A DNA stretch of 64,000 nt from Epithemia pelagica (Eukaryota > Protista > Bacillariophyta), in assembly GCA_946965045.2 (NCBI GenBank), contig OX337242.1:806001-870000 (forward strand). The letters are read 5' to 3'. The notes below the pieces were generated by a model, which saw only the letters and a program-made list of their open reading frames with translations, was not told the DNA's origin and made no database searches. Positions 17,390-28,008 of this stretch are shown here, in pieces; positions within the stretch are counted from its first letter, which is position 1; each line of letters starts with the position of its first letter. Position numbers and translations under genes: made by a program.

Positions 17390-19690
17390 ATGATGGACTC
17401 GCTTTGCTTAAACTTTGGTCCCTTGGACACTGTCATGGTAACGACAAGTCTGACTCCTCCATTGGGAGACCAAGACAATGTGGTGGTGGTTCCCCTCCAA
17501 ACACACTCCTCTCCCAAGCGAACCAAGAAGCACCATCGCACTACTAGTAGTAGCATTGGGCCTCTCCACAAAACCATGACTCCCAACCATGTCACTTGGT
17601 CCATGATGCGATCGACTGACAATAGGAAAAAGAACCACCACAAAGCCACACGAACACATTTCTCACCCAATCGAACCAAAAGTAGTTCCGATAGTTTGAG
17701 TTCTTGGAACAACAACAACAAGACCAAACGCAAAGAGAAATCCATTCCTTCGATACCAAACAACAATAATAAAGAAAATCAACCAGATTGTCTCAAAACC
17801 AATGTGGCATATTCGCATTCGAGAAGTCGTCGATACAACAAGAGTGTCGAATGGTTGGTTTGGTTTCTCACCATGAAAGCGAAACGAGGCAACGAAAAAA
17901 CCTTGTCCCTGCCAACCACCAACAATAACGAAAACCAACCACCCGAGTGCTACAAAAATTCCGCTTCTCACCGTTCCTCCTCTTCGAACCGCCACAAAAG
18001 AAGTAGCGGGGAAGACTGGTCCTGGTCGTTTCACAAGACGAAGCGCAAAAAGAAACCGGTACAAACGAGCCACAAAGAAATTCCACCGGAACACCACCAT
18101 CACCACAAAACGATAGTGTCCCGTTCCTCCTCCTCGAGGCCATGGAAATGGAATACCAAAACAAATGGTGAATGGTTGGTATGGTTCTTGAGCACGGCAA
18201 AACGAAAACACAAATCCTTGATGGTGCGCAAGGAAACAACACACTCACCAGAGCATCACCATGCAAAAGACAGTAGTAGCACACCAGTATCGTCCAAACG
18301 TGGCCGCGGTTGGTGTCTTTGGTTCGTGACCAAATCAAACCGCAACGACAAGGCCTTGTCGGTCATTGGAAACCACTCCGTCGTCGAGAACGTCAATGCC
18401 TCTCCACCCGCAGCATTGGATACTCGGTTGTTGCGATCCCCTCAACCACGACGACACACACCACCCTCCTTGCGCAACCAAATTTCCGTGTGTTTGGTGA
18501 TTGGAGAAGGCTCCTTTGGTCGTGTCTGGTACGGCCGTCACAAACCCACCAATCAAGAAATTGCGCTCAAAGTGGTGGACAAGTGCTCCTGCTGGAAACA
18601 ACCGGAACTCATCACGGCCATTCGCACCGAACAAGCCATTCTCCAGTCCTTGCGACTCCACCATCACAACCATACGCACCATTCCAAGGAAACGGGCGAA
18701 TCCGGCAACAACAAGAACAACAACAACAACCATACCAAGTCATGGGGACCTCCCGTGGTACAACTGTTGGCCTCCTTTCACGATGCCGAATGCTTGTACT
18801 TGGTAATGGAATGTCACAAGGGTGGTACCTTGCAAGACATGATCTCCTACATGTTTCCTTCCCACGACCACTCGAAACTGCGACCACAATTGTTTGACTA
18901 TGTCAAGAGTCTCCCGTGGTATGCCCGGCAATTGTTGGACGCCATTAGTTATATTCATTCGAGAGGAATTTGTCATTGCGATGTCAAACCAGCCAATGTG
19001 CTCGTGTCGTCCAACTCGAGGCGATTGTACCTGACCGATTTTGGATCCGCCGTCCAATGTTCCCTGCCATTCTCATCGGCCGCTGCCGCCGAAGAAACCA
19101 CCTTGCATCGAACCTTGCAGGGAACCACATCGTATTCGGCACCGGAGCGATTGGGAATCACGGTATCCATGAACAATATGAGCGACTTGAAGAATCGTAC
19201 GCGAGCCTGGGATTTGTGGGCCTTGGGATGTTCCGTCCATGCCCTGTGGGTCGGAGCGTCACCCTTTGAGGCCGCATCGGATTATTTGGTCACCACCTCG
19301 TTGCACGCGTATTGTCAAGCAACCGAACCCAGTCTTCCCTGGAGGAACCACCACACGGCGGCAACCAAAGCATTGTATGCACTCCCCGCCGTGTGGAAGG
19401 ATTTGTTGTGCAATCATTTGTTGCATATCGATCCGGTCCAACGACTCCGTCGGGCCTTGGGCAGTGGTGGTGGTCGGGAATCCTCCGGGGAGCACCCAAC
19501 GGCTCGTGTCGTGGGAGGAGGAGAACCTTTTTATCCCTTGCTGTCCCAACATGCGGCATGGTCCCAAGTCCAGACTCAAAGCCGACCCTCCTTTGCACCG
19601 CCCGAACCCAAATGGGTTCAACAAGTACGAGAAAATGAGAGTTTGACATGGTTGGATGGGAGTCTTGGATGGAGTGCCTTTCTCATGTAA
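17390..19690 (+). CDS. Ser/Thr protein kinase, PDK1/AGC-like catalytic domain with a long basic repetitive N-terminus
   Basis: GEGSFG, ALKVVDK, HCDVKPAN, TDFGSA, GTTSYSAPE, DLWALGC, SPFEAASDY. Confidence 0.85.
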   Translation: MMDSLCLNFGPLDTVMVTTSLTPPLGDQDNVVVVPLQTHSSPKRTKKHHRTTSSSIGPLHKTMTPNHVTWSMMRSTDNRKKNHHKATRTHFSPNRTKSSSDSLSSWNNNNKTKRKEKSIPSIPNNNNKENQPDCLKTNVAYSHSRSRRYNKSVEWLVWFLTMKAKRGNEKTLSLPTTNNNENQPPECYKNSASHRSSSSNRHKRSSGEDWSWSFHKTKRKKKPVQTSHKEIPPEHHHHHKTIVSRSSSSRPWKWNTKTNGEWLVWFLSTAKRKHKSLMVRKETTHSPEHHHAKDSSSTPVSSKRGRGWCLWFVTKSNRNDKALSVIGNHSVVENVNASPPAALDTRLLRSPQPRRHTPPSLRNQISVCLVIGEGSFGRVWYGRHKPTNQEIALKVVDKCSCWKQPELITAIRTEQAILQSLRLHHHNHTHHSKETGESGNNKNNNNNHTKSWGPPVVQLLASFHDAECLYLVMECHKGGTLQDMISYMFPSHDHSKLRPQLFDYVKSLPWYARQLLDAISYIHSRGICHCDVKPANVLVSSNSRRLYLTDFGSAVQCSLPFSSAAAAEETTLHRTLQGTTSYSAPERLGITVSMNNMSDLKNRTRAWDLWALGCSVHALWVGASPFEAASDYLVTTSLHAYCQATEPSLPWRNHHTAATKALYALPAVWKDLLCNHLLHIDPVQRLRRALGSGGGRESSGEHPTARVVGGGEPFYPLLSQHAAWSQVQTQSRPSFAPPEPKWVQQVRENESLTWLDGSLGWSAFLM

Positions 19691-19844
19691 AAAAGTACGA
19701 CGGCGTGTACCGTCTCTGTTTGGAAGTGGATTGCGCCACTAGGACCTTGAAGTGAAGAGGAAGTGCCTTTCTCATGTAAAAAGGTACGACGGCGTGTACC
19801 ATCTCTTTTTGGAAGTGGATTGCGCCACGAGGACCTTGAAGTGA
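19673..19844. repeat. Tandem duplication (83-bp unit, period 89) spanning the kinase stop codon and 3' UTR
   Basis: AGTGCCTTTCTCATGTAAAAA.GTACGACGGCGTGTACC...GGACCTTGAAGTGA at 19673 and 19762, with few mismatches. Confidence 0.9.
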
Positions 19845-20447
19845 GAGTGGGATGGCTGTTTCCATGTACTCGGTGTCCTACACAGGGGAACCTTGGTAAC
19901 GTGGGGGCTGCTCGGAAGAAAGAGAAACTTCATCAATACGGCCATTCTTCTTCTTTGGTTCTTTATTGCACCACTGTTCGGTTGTGCGGTGGGCCACTTT
20001 CGGATCACGCAGTTCTGCCTCTGCCGAAATAAACCCTTGAGGTAGATAAACGCGATTGTTCGCCTACCTTGTGCAAAAGGAAACAGTTTTGACTACAGAA
20101 AATAGTAAAGTTCATTCAATACAATTCCTAATAAACGTCAAAGGCTATTTTGTCGTGACAATCCTTCTTTTTAACAGATTCTCTCTCGGAATACATCCGG
20201 CAGCAACATAGATCGTTTCAAGAGGTTGGCAATTCACAATCCTTCGTTTGGGAAACATTCAACATGAAGTAAGAAAGACTGGCACCAACCCTCTTGCAAT
20301 GAAGAACATAGGCAACACTTACCCAAAACAAGCTCAAACCCAACATGGAGAATCTTGCCGCTTCTGCAAACCGGAGAAAGATAATGTAATCATAATACAG
20401 TGAAAGTATGCATTTCAGTAAATGGTGTATATCGTTTGGTGCAAGTG

Positions 20448-21995
20448 CTAACAGCACAGCATTCCAGTAGGAGCATCGGGTGTCTCTGGCTCCTTTTCCG
20501 TTTCAAAATCTTTGGCGGGTGTTTGAGGAACCTCTCTATCCTTTTCATCGTCCACGTAAATTGTTTCATTAAAGGTTGTATCTTCATCCTCCTTGCGCTG
20601 TTGTTCGTCCTTGAATTGATCCGTGTAGTACTCATCGCCATCGGATCCAATTTCTGGTTCGGCAAGGGACAAGGTACTAATGTCCTTGGAGACTTCTTGT
20701 TGTTTCTTCATTCTTCTACGAAAGGCAATCGCACCAACCACCACCACAAACAAGCAGGCAATCACAACCACAAAAATGGCAACGAGATTGGCGCTGGTAC
20801 TGGAAGTGCTCACTGGTTCGTCGGAATCGTTCAAAAGACTGCTGTTATTCGGATCGGCTGCGTCATCAGGGTCTCCTGCAGGCTGTTCAAACCCGAGCAA
20901 TCTAATGTCTAAATCGCCGGCATTGTCTGTCATGACTTGGTTCAAATCGTCCGAGGCTTCCCCTTCTAAATCTTGGACGTCAAGGCCAATATCTTCTGTT
21001 CCATCTAGGCCCGAGAGTTCACGACCTCCAATCCTTCGATAGTAGTTAACTTGAAGTTTGGCACCCGTCCAACTCAAACAGGTTCTACCATTACTTTCTT
21101 CCACGGGATCCGAAAGAGCTCCTGTCCTGGAGCGATCCACCAGAACAGCCGCAATTTCAATGCGTTTAGAAAATTCACAATCAATCACTCGGTCGACATA
21201 GGCGGGAACGAGAACATCCACCCAAAAGGTGGACAAATTCTCCATCAAATCCGGGACATTGTCGTTTCTCACACACACTACAAAGCGTGCCGAAAAGATT
21301 TGTTTGCGCATATCCAGGTAATTTGGAGGCCGTCCTTCATTCTCGCAATATCGTTTCACCACAATGCCATTGTCTTCAATGAGGTAGGGAGTGCTCGGTA
21401 CCGGCTCTTGAGGAGCATGTGTGGGAGCGGGCACCGGAGGATGCGTGGGAGCAGGGACCGGGGCATGTGTGGGTTCCACATAATCGTCATCTTCTTCTAC
21501 GTAATCATCGTCCGGTTCCTCATGGACATCATCATCGTAGCGAGGAGGGCGAGGACGTGGTCGCCACCAATGGGGAGGAAATCCAGGTGGTAGGAAGCCA
21601 GGAGGAAAGTGGGGCATACCTCCTAGGGGCACGAGCATTACAATTACCACTGGAAACTGCATACCAGGAAAGGGGAATCCATGACGACCGCCATATCCAC
21701 GACGTCCACCGCGAAGAGGTGGACCAAGATACGGACCACGTCGACCTGGTACTGGGCCTCCAATGGGGAAATCGGGTTCGGTAGGAAAGGGCCCTTGACC
21801 TGGTACAGGGCCTCCAATGGGGAAATCGGGTTCGGTAGGAAAGGGGCCACGGGGAGGAGACCGGCCTAGCGCTCGGCCCTGAGGAGGACCATTGTCAAAG
21901 GATGGATTGAACCTACTAGCTAACAGCGAAGGAAGAACGGCAAGGAAAAAGAGCAACAAGGTCCTCATCTTCTTGCCATTTGTCATGGAGTTCAC
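20448..21995 (-). CDS. Type I membrane protein with a Pro/Gly-rich ectodomain (515 aa)
   Basis: Signal peptide MRTLLLFFLAVLPSLLA (ATG 21968 is an alternative start); RXL motifs; two copies of GPFPTEPDFPIGGPVPG (54-bp period); PTHAP repeats; TM LVAIFVVVIACLFVVVVGAIAF followed by RRRMKK and an acidic tail. Confidence 0.85.
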   Translation of the reverse strand: MNSMTNGKKMRTLLLFFLAVLPSLLASRFNPSFDNGPPQGRALGRSPPRGPFPTEPDFPIGGPVPGQGPFPTEPDFPIGGPVPGRRGPYLGPPLRGGRRGYGGRHGFPFPGMQFPVVIVMLVPLGGMPHFPPGFLPPGFPPHWWRPRPRPPRYDDDVHEEPDDDYVEEDDDYVEPTHAPVPAPTHPPVPAPTHAPQEPVPSTPYLIEDNGIVVKRYCENEGRPPNYLDMRKQIFSARFVVCVRNDNVPDLMENLSTFWVDVLVPAYVDRVIDCEFSKRIEIAAVLVDRSRTGALSDPVEESNGRTCLSWTGAKLQVNYYRRIGGRELSGLDGTEDIGLDVQDLEGEASDDLNQVMTDNAGDLDIRLLGFEQPAGDPDDAADPNNSSLLNDSDEPVSTSSTSANLVAIFVVVIACLFVVVVGAIAFRRRMKKQQEVSKDISTLSLAEPEIGSDGDEYYTDQFKDEQQRKEDEDTTFNETIYVDDEKDREVPQTPAKDFETEKEPETPDAPTGMLCC

Positions 21996-23171
21996 AAGAG
22001 TATGGTTCTTGTTGTTCGTATCAAACGCAACACCAATGGACCCACAGAAAAATCACAATTTTGGGCCACGCCGCACGGATAAGAGCGGCGCCGTGCGTGC
22101 CAAAGGAAGCAGCTCTCCACTCCAACGTACAACCAAGAATATATATGGGGGTGGACGTGCGTGCTGGAACCGGTAGTTGAGACTCCTTTCTTGGCTGTGT
22201 CGTACCAATAATAAGTCTTGGGACTTTTACAGTTGGTTCGAATTTTGTTGCGAAGGCTTCGACCAGCCGCGCCTATGATGGCCCGGCGCGACAAAGATAC
22301 ATAGGGAATTCGGTCACACGGCCTGCGCTGCAGTTCGGAAGCATCCTCATCAAACGATCGACAAAGGAACTGTAGGCTGGCATGCGCGCGACAACCGACG
22401 GAGGTTCAGAATGACCGCGGTGGCAAATGAAATTTTGATGCTAAGAGTTTCGATTATGGCCTTTCATGTGTCGGGCCTAAGTAATCGTTGGGAATGGATT
22501 GTTCATGACACGTGTGACACATAGACTTCTAAGGAAGGATCCCTCCCTTTTCCGGCGGGTTTTCTCTTTTTTCCGCGGGAAAAATTGTCCCGGTAACTTA
22601 TTGTCACGCCATTCTTCAAAGGAAAAATGAGGTCTCGGTCGACTCCGTTTTTGTGGAGTGTCCGAGAGAAAAAGAATGGAAAATGGAAAATTTATTGTGA
22701 AGCGCGGAACATGAAAATCTGAGTTTATTCTCTGGTTTGGATCTTGAGAAGGCGACCGTTCTTGTCAAATCGGTGAGACTTCTCTTCATGATGAGCGGAG
22801 TGTGCATGATTGGATGTTGTGTCAACCAAGGGATCTACAGCGTCTGGAATACGACGGAGTCATGTCTGTGCCCAATCGCCATGAACAAATGAACAACCTC
22901 CGTATCGTCCTAGCTTTTCGCAATGCATCTTGTGCACTAATTCATAGAGATTTGAAACAAGCTGAGTTCAGATTTGTCTCTAAAACTACCCGTGTTTAGG
23001 ATTCTCGCGCTTTGTAGCAAGGGAGGTTATGTACATTCGATCCTCCAGGAACCAAAATGGAGCTTTCTTTTGTAGTAGGTAGTCCTGGGAGCTGCATAGA
23101 CTATGCGAACTCGTGCATCCACTCAATTCCGGTCACCACCAAGTCTCTTGTCAAGAGGGGCTGTCCATCTA

Positions 23172-25361
23172 TCATACAGACACGACAGCGGTATGGCCTG
23201 CCTTGTGGATTTGCAACCAGGCACTTATACTCGTGAGAATGGTCGAAAGCCGATGAGCCACATTGCCGAGTTGTGCTCCCAGATCGGCTCCCTCTGCTGT
23301 GGTTGTCCGAAACATGGAAGATTTCGGTCGTTTGATTTCTCGGAGTCTCAGAACCAAACCACCCTCGGCTAGTTTTTGACCAATGTAGTCGTCGCTGCCA
23401 ATCATGGACCAAAACACACACAGACACAAGTACGAAACGCGCAAAATGAGATGGTTGCACCAAACGTGTTGCCATTTGCATCCCCAGGATATGGTAGCCT
23501 CACCTTGTCATGATCTTGTCAATGAGTCCGACTTCGACAGCATCGTATCCAAGCCATGTCTCCCCTGTCGCGACAATGTTGATATTGGCTGCCACGGCAG
23601 GTCTGGACTCGACAACGTGGCGTTTAAAGGCGTCATGGACCGTATCTACCATATCTTGTACTTTGGCCACTTGGTCCTCGGTAATATCACCCAATAAGCC
23701 AATCGGATTCTTGTCCCGTCCACCTCGAAACACTAGTGGCAAGACACCCCATCCTTCCAACGTCTTTTGCACGTTCAAGGTTTGTCCCATGACACCAATC
23801 GAACCAAGCAGAGCAAAGGGAGAAGCAAACAGTCGGCCAGGACTGGAAGTACACGCAATCATGTACCCACCTGAGTGGCAAAGCATGTGCTCTTAGGGTC
23901 TGCTTGGCTTTGTCGAATCATTCATTGACAGGGAAATGAGTGTGACTTACCGGAAGCTGCCACCTTATCGACCAATACCGTCACAGTAATGTTTGGATGG
24001 TTTCGCAGACGAAGAAGTTGTTGAGCTGCAAGGGCATACTCGGGTGCACTTCCTCCAGGTGACTCAAGCAACACAGCTACTTCGACGTGCATAGTCTTGT
24101 TGTTGGACGCAGACGACCTTAAGTGTTGCTCGTTCAATTTCGGGTATTCACTGAGAAGAAAGGACACTTTATCTCGAATGGTACTGATTTGACTCACGGT
24201 GGAATCCAATTGTGTCATATCCAGAAGGATTGTGGTACTGTTGTACATTTTTGTCTCAGTCGGTTCCATCGGTCGCCGTGGTTGCTTTGCCGAGCCTGGT
24301 CGGGACAAAGACAAGGGAAATGGTTTTCCGGAACCCATGGTGCGAACGTGGACTGCCGCATCCAAAGCGCGTCCCAAGGCCATGCCATCTTTTACGTACC
24401 GACTATTCAGGGCCTCAAAGGTATAGTGTTGCTCGATGGGAGGCAGATATACCGAAGACATTCCCATGTGTTGAAACCAAAGGAAGGGCAGTAACCATAA
24501 AAGGGAAGGGTTGGAAAAGGACCTCAGGAGTAACACAACAGACGCAACCCAAGGTTCCTTGTCTTCGCCTCCTGATAACGAAGCAAACAGGCTTCCTGAA
24601 ATAACCATGAACAAGAACAGTTTCAACAAGGTACTGGCCGATAATGTTTTCGGGGATGGATCTTTGGAATTGGAAATGATGGACCACAGTTTGCTAAGAA
24701 ACAGCGAAATGTGATTTCGAAATAGAATGAGACCCACCGCTACCACCGCAATCTTGATTTTCTTTTCCTGTAAAGCCGATTTTAGCATGGCTTTGGCGAC
24801 TTGTGTAGAATTAAAAACCTTCTCTCTAGGTTTGATTCCATCATATGTCCCCGAGGAGCGGCTGGGATTTTCTTCCCATTCACGATCATCATCCATGTCT
24901 AGAAAATCCCAGTCTTCTTCTTCTTCCTCCTCCTCCTCCTCCTCCTCATCATCATCATCATCCTGATCCTCGTCTTCTTTTATGTCTTCTCCGTCTTCTT
25001 CATCAAAAGGATTGTCATATTCTTCTTCCTGATCCTCGTCCTCTTCATCTGTCTCGTCCTGAACATCTCCATCATCCGTGGCACCGTAAAGAATCCCGAG
25101 ATCCTGTGAATCGTCCAGTGTTTTGTCTACGTCATCAATGGAAGCGTTGAATAGAGCTGGCTGCATTTCATTGTCTTCGGTCGACTCTTGACTTGTCGCA
25201 TTGTGCATGTCGTTGTCGTCATGGAGGACAACAGTTTCCACGGAATCGCTCGCACACGAAATGACTGGTCGCAGGGGACGTGTCCAAGCCAAAATGGCCA
25301 TCCAGAAAAGAGCATATTTGATATGATTCCCTGTCAATACTCGTGAGCAAAGAGTCGACAT
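23172..25361 (-). CDS. S49-family (SppA/SohB-like) peptidase, 3 exons (25361-23951, 23870-23504, 23394-23172)
   Basis: LESPGG, VDKVAAS|GGYMIAC, ASPFALLGSIGV, VATGETWLG.DA..VGLIDKIMT|SDDYI; introns GTAAG..CAG (23950-23871) and GTGAG..CAG (23503-23395) restore the frame; long acidic N-terminal tract and TM segments. Confidence 0.88.
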
Positions 25362-26207
25362 GATGATGCTCCAAAGCTCCTCCAGAGGACACAAGAAAAA
25401 GCCAGAGTGATGTTTGGTGTTTCGAGGTAAAGATCCAAAAAATGTGAGATCTATTGTAGCTATGCCGTAAGTGGAGCTAACGTAGCTATCCGAGTTCGGC
25501 GCAACCGATTCAACTTTTGTCTCGTTCCATTTTTCCAATCATGAACTTTTCGCAATCTAAAAATTGAGAATAGATTACGAGAGACTCAATACTCAACGCA
25601 AAAGACAGATGAAAAGTGCTTGGAAGCCATCAGCCTCTTTATGAGAGACGTGAGGGCTAGATCGTTAAGGGGCCTCAATCAAGCAACTCAGTCCGAATCT
25701 CTTTACGTTATGGTAACTCAAGGCTCTGTGGAACGAGTATGTCTTGCGGCCATTCATGCAAACAACAACACAGAAGAACTCGCGGTGTCAATTCGCGCTG
25801 GGAGAAAAAGGTACGATCGAGTGATGAGCCTGTTCGTTTCGACGACGACGGAAGAATTGAATTTGATGTCTTGCCAGATTTGGTGGTTAATTGGATAAGA
25901 TCCAGCTGGGATGGAGCTGTATCGTTTGATTTGTTCGGCTTTCGCCGACGCAACAAGAATGCTCCGAAAAGTTCTTTTCTCCTTTTGCAAAATAGGGGCC
26001 GTCGTGCCCATGCAATGGTCATTGGCCGACATTGTGGTCGTGACAAGGCTTCAAACCTCCACCACCTTCTCCTCCATTGCTGCTTTAGGTGTCAAACCGT
26101 TTATACGACCGAGAGGGTGGGGTTATTACACGATAGGACACTGCACCGCTTTGTTGAAGTATGCTGTCCTCTCGGTGGGTGTTTCGTGTTTCGGTCAGTC
26201 TCCACAG

Positions 26208-27701
26208 CTATTCAAACTCTAGCAATCGAAGGGGATCCGAACGCCAGCACAGACGCGTTAATCGTTGAAGCTCCATGTCTTGTTGTTGTTGTTCTTGTTC
26301 TTGTGGGTCGTCTCCCTCCTCCCTCTCATCGGTCGATGCGTCCATAGCTGTAGTCGTCTTATTCTTGCTGAACATTGGATGGGTCTGACGAACCTTGTGG
26401 AGTAGAATCTCGGACAAGTCTTGGATCTGGTCCTCCTCCAAGGAAAAATCAAAGAGGTCCGAGTTTTCGACCATGCGATGTGGTTTGCTCGTTTTGGGGA
26501 TCACCACACAATCTTGTTGGAGTGCCCATTTGAGCAAGATTTGAGCCGGCGTTTTCTCATACATGACTGCTAAATCCAGGACTGGTTCGGCATTGACTAA
26601 TTTACATGTAATCATGCAAGATTTGCGGGGAGTCGCCTGTTGTCCTTTCTCTCCTTTTGGGCGATTTCCTTGGTAGTGTTTGTCGACCCATCCCAACAAG
26701 TCCCTCCATTCTTGGTGGGTCGTATCGTGACCTCCAAGGGAGGCATAGGCTTGAACGACAATGCCATGACGGGCACAATACTGTCGCAATTCCGTTTGGG
26801 GATGAAGGGGGTGGAGTTCCACTTGGTTGACCATGGGTCGAATCCGACACTGCAAGCTTTCCAAATGCTGCACGGTAAAATTGGAAACTCCAATGGCCCG
26901 ACACTTTCCCTCCAAATAGGCATCTTCCATAGCCCTCCATGTTTCGGAACGGAGATGAGCCATTTCCTCTGCACTTGAGGCCGTTGTGGCTTGGGACCAA
27001 ACGTCTTCGCTGCTGGAGGATGATCCCTTGCCGTCGTCATTGTCATTGTTGTTGTTGTCATTTTTCTTGTCTTGTACCTTCCACGCTGGTCCGGGCCAAT
27101 GCATGAGCCATAAATCGACATGGCTTAGTTGGAGTCGCTTCAAGGAATAGCGGAGACAATCGAGGGTGGCATTGTACCCATGAAAGCGTCTCCAGTGTTT
27201 GGTCGTGACAAAGACATGATGGCGAGACGGTATCGTTCCATCTTCCAAAGCTTGTTGGAGGGCTTCGCCCACACGTCGTTCGGTTCGTTCTCGACTGTAA
27301 CAAAAGGCCGTGTCAATTTGACGATACCCCGCTTGGAGTGCCTGAACCGTGGCCTCTCGTGCCTTTTCTCCCAAATAGTACGTGCCAAAGCCCACCCACG
27401 GAAGAATCACCGGTGGTCGTGACTCAACAATGGACTCCAACGATGGATTCTTCGTGTCATTGTCACCGTTGTTGTTGTCGGCCAAAATTTGAGGAACCAA
27501 TCGAATGCCATCCGTCAAGGATTGGGCGTCGCGGCCATGCGGAACTTCTCTAAAGAAGGAAGAAGAAGAAGAAGAAGAACCATGATTGGATGCATCGAGT
27601 GGGTCCTTTGAAGTTGTGCCGGCACGACGGCGTCTCTTGGAGGTACGTGTTGCTATCGTGGTCGTTTTGGATTCTTCGGATCGTTTCTTTTTAGGTTTCA
27701 T
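26208..27701 (-). CDS. Aldo-keto reductase with low-complexity insertions and a basic N-terminus
   Basis: GFGTY, GYRQIDTA, FVTTK, DLWLMHWP, AIGVSNF, NQVELHP, IPKTSKPHRMVEN. Confidence 0.92.
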   Translation of the reverse strand: MKPKKKRSEESKTTTIATRTSKRRRRAGTTSKDPLDASNHGSSSSSSSFFREVPHGRDAQSLTDGIRLVPQILADNNNGDNDTKNPSLESIVESRPPVILPWVGFGTYYLGEKAREATVQALQAGYRQIDTAFCYSRERTERRVGEALQQALEDGTIPSRHHVFVTTKHWRRFHGYNATLDCLRYSLKRLQLSHVDLWLMHWPGPAWKVQDKKNDNNNNDNDDGKGSSSSSEDVWSQATTASSAEEMAHLRSETWRAMEDAYLEGKCRAIGVSNFTVQHLESLQCRIRPMVNQVELHPLHPQTELRQYCARHGIVVQAYASLGGHDTTHQEWRDLLGWVDKHYQGNRPKGEKGQQATPRKSCMITCKLVNAEPVLDLAVMYEKTPAQILLKWALQQDCVVIPKTSKPHRMVENSDLFDFSLEEDQIQDLSEILLHKVRQTHPMFSKNKTTTAMDASTDEREEGDDPQEQEQQQQDMELQRLTRLCWRSDPLRLLEFE

Positions 27702-28008
27702 GGTTCCAAGGTTGATCGATGTACCAGTCTCGTCATTCTCGCGTTTGGAGGCAATGCAAATCCGAAAAAGGCGGCATGCAATATATTACAACTCAGAATA
27801 CGTAAAATAAAACTATTTAAAATGTAATATTGAAAAGTCTCCTAATATCGCTCAAGAGTAATATTTTCCGTGACAGATATATGGTATCTTTTGCGGCCAT
27901 CAAACCCAACAACAACAAACAACCATTGCAACTGATGGGTCCTTCTTGATAGTAGAATCGAACCGACTCTCTCTTTATTCTCCCTCACTCTCTGTCGATC
28001 ATCTTGTG

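Noticed and set aside
25739-26347. 202-aa plus-strand ORF between the S49 peptidase and AKR genes
   Set aside because: No recognisable domain, and it overlaps the AKR 3' end antisense; it cannot be supported without expression data.
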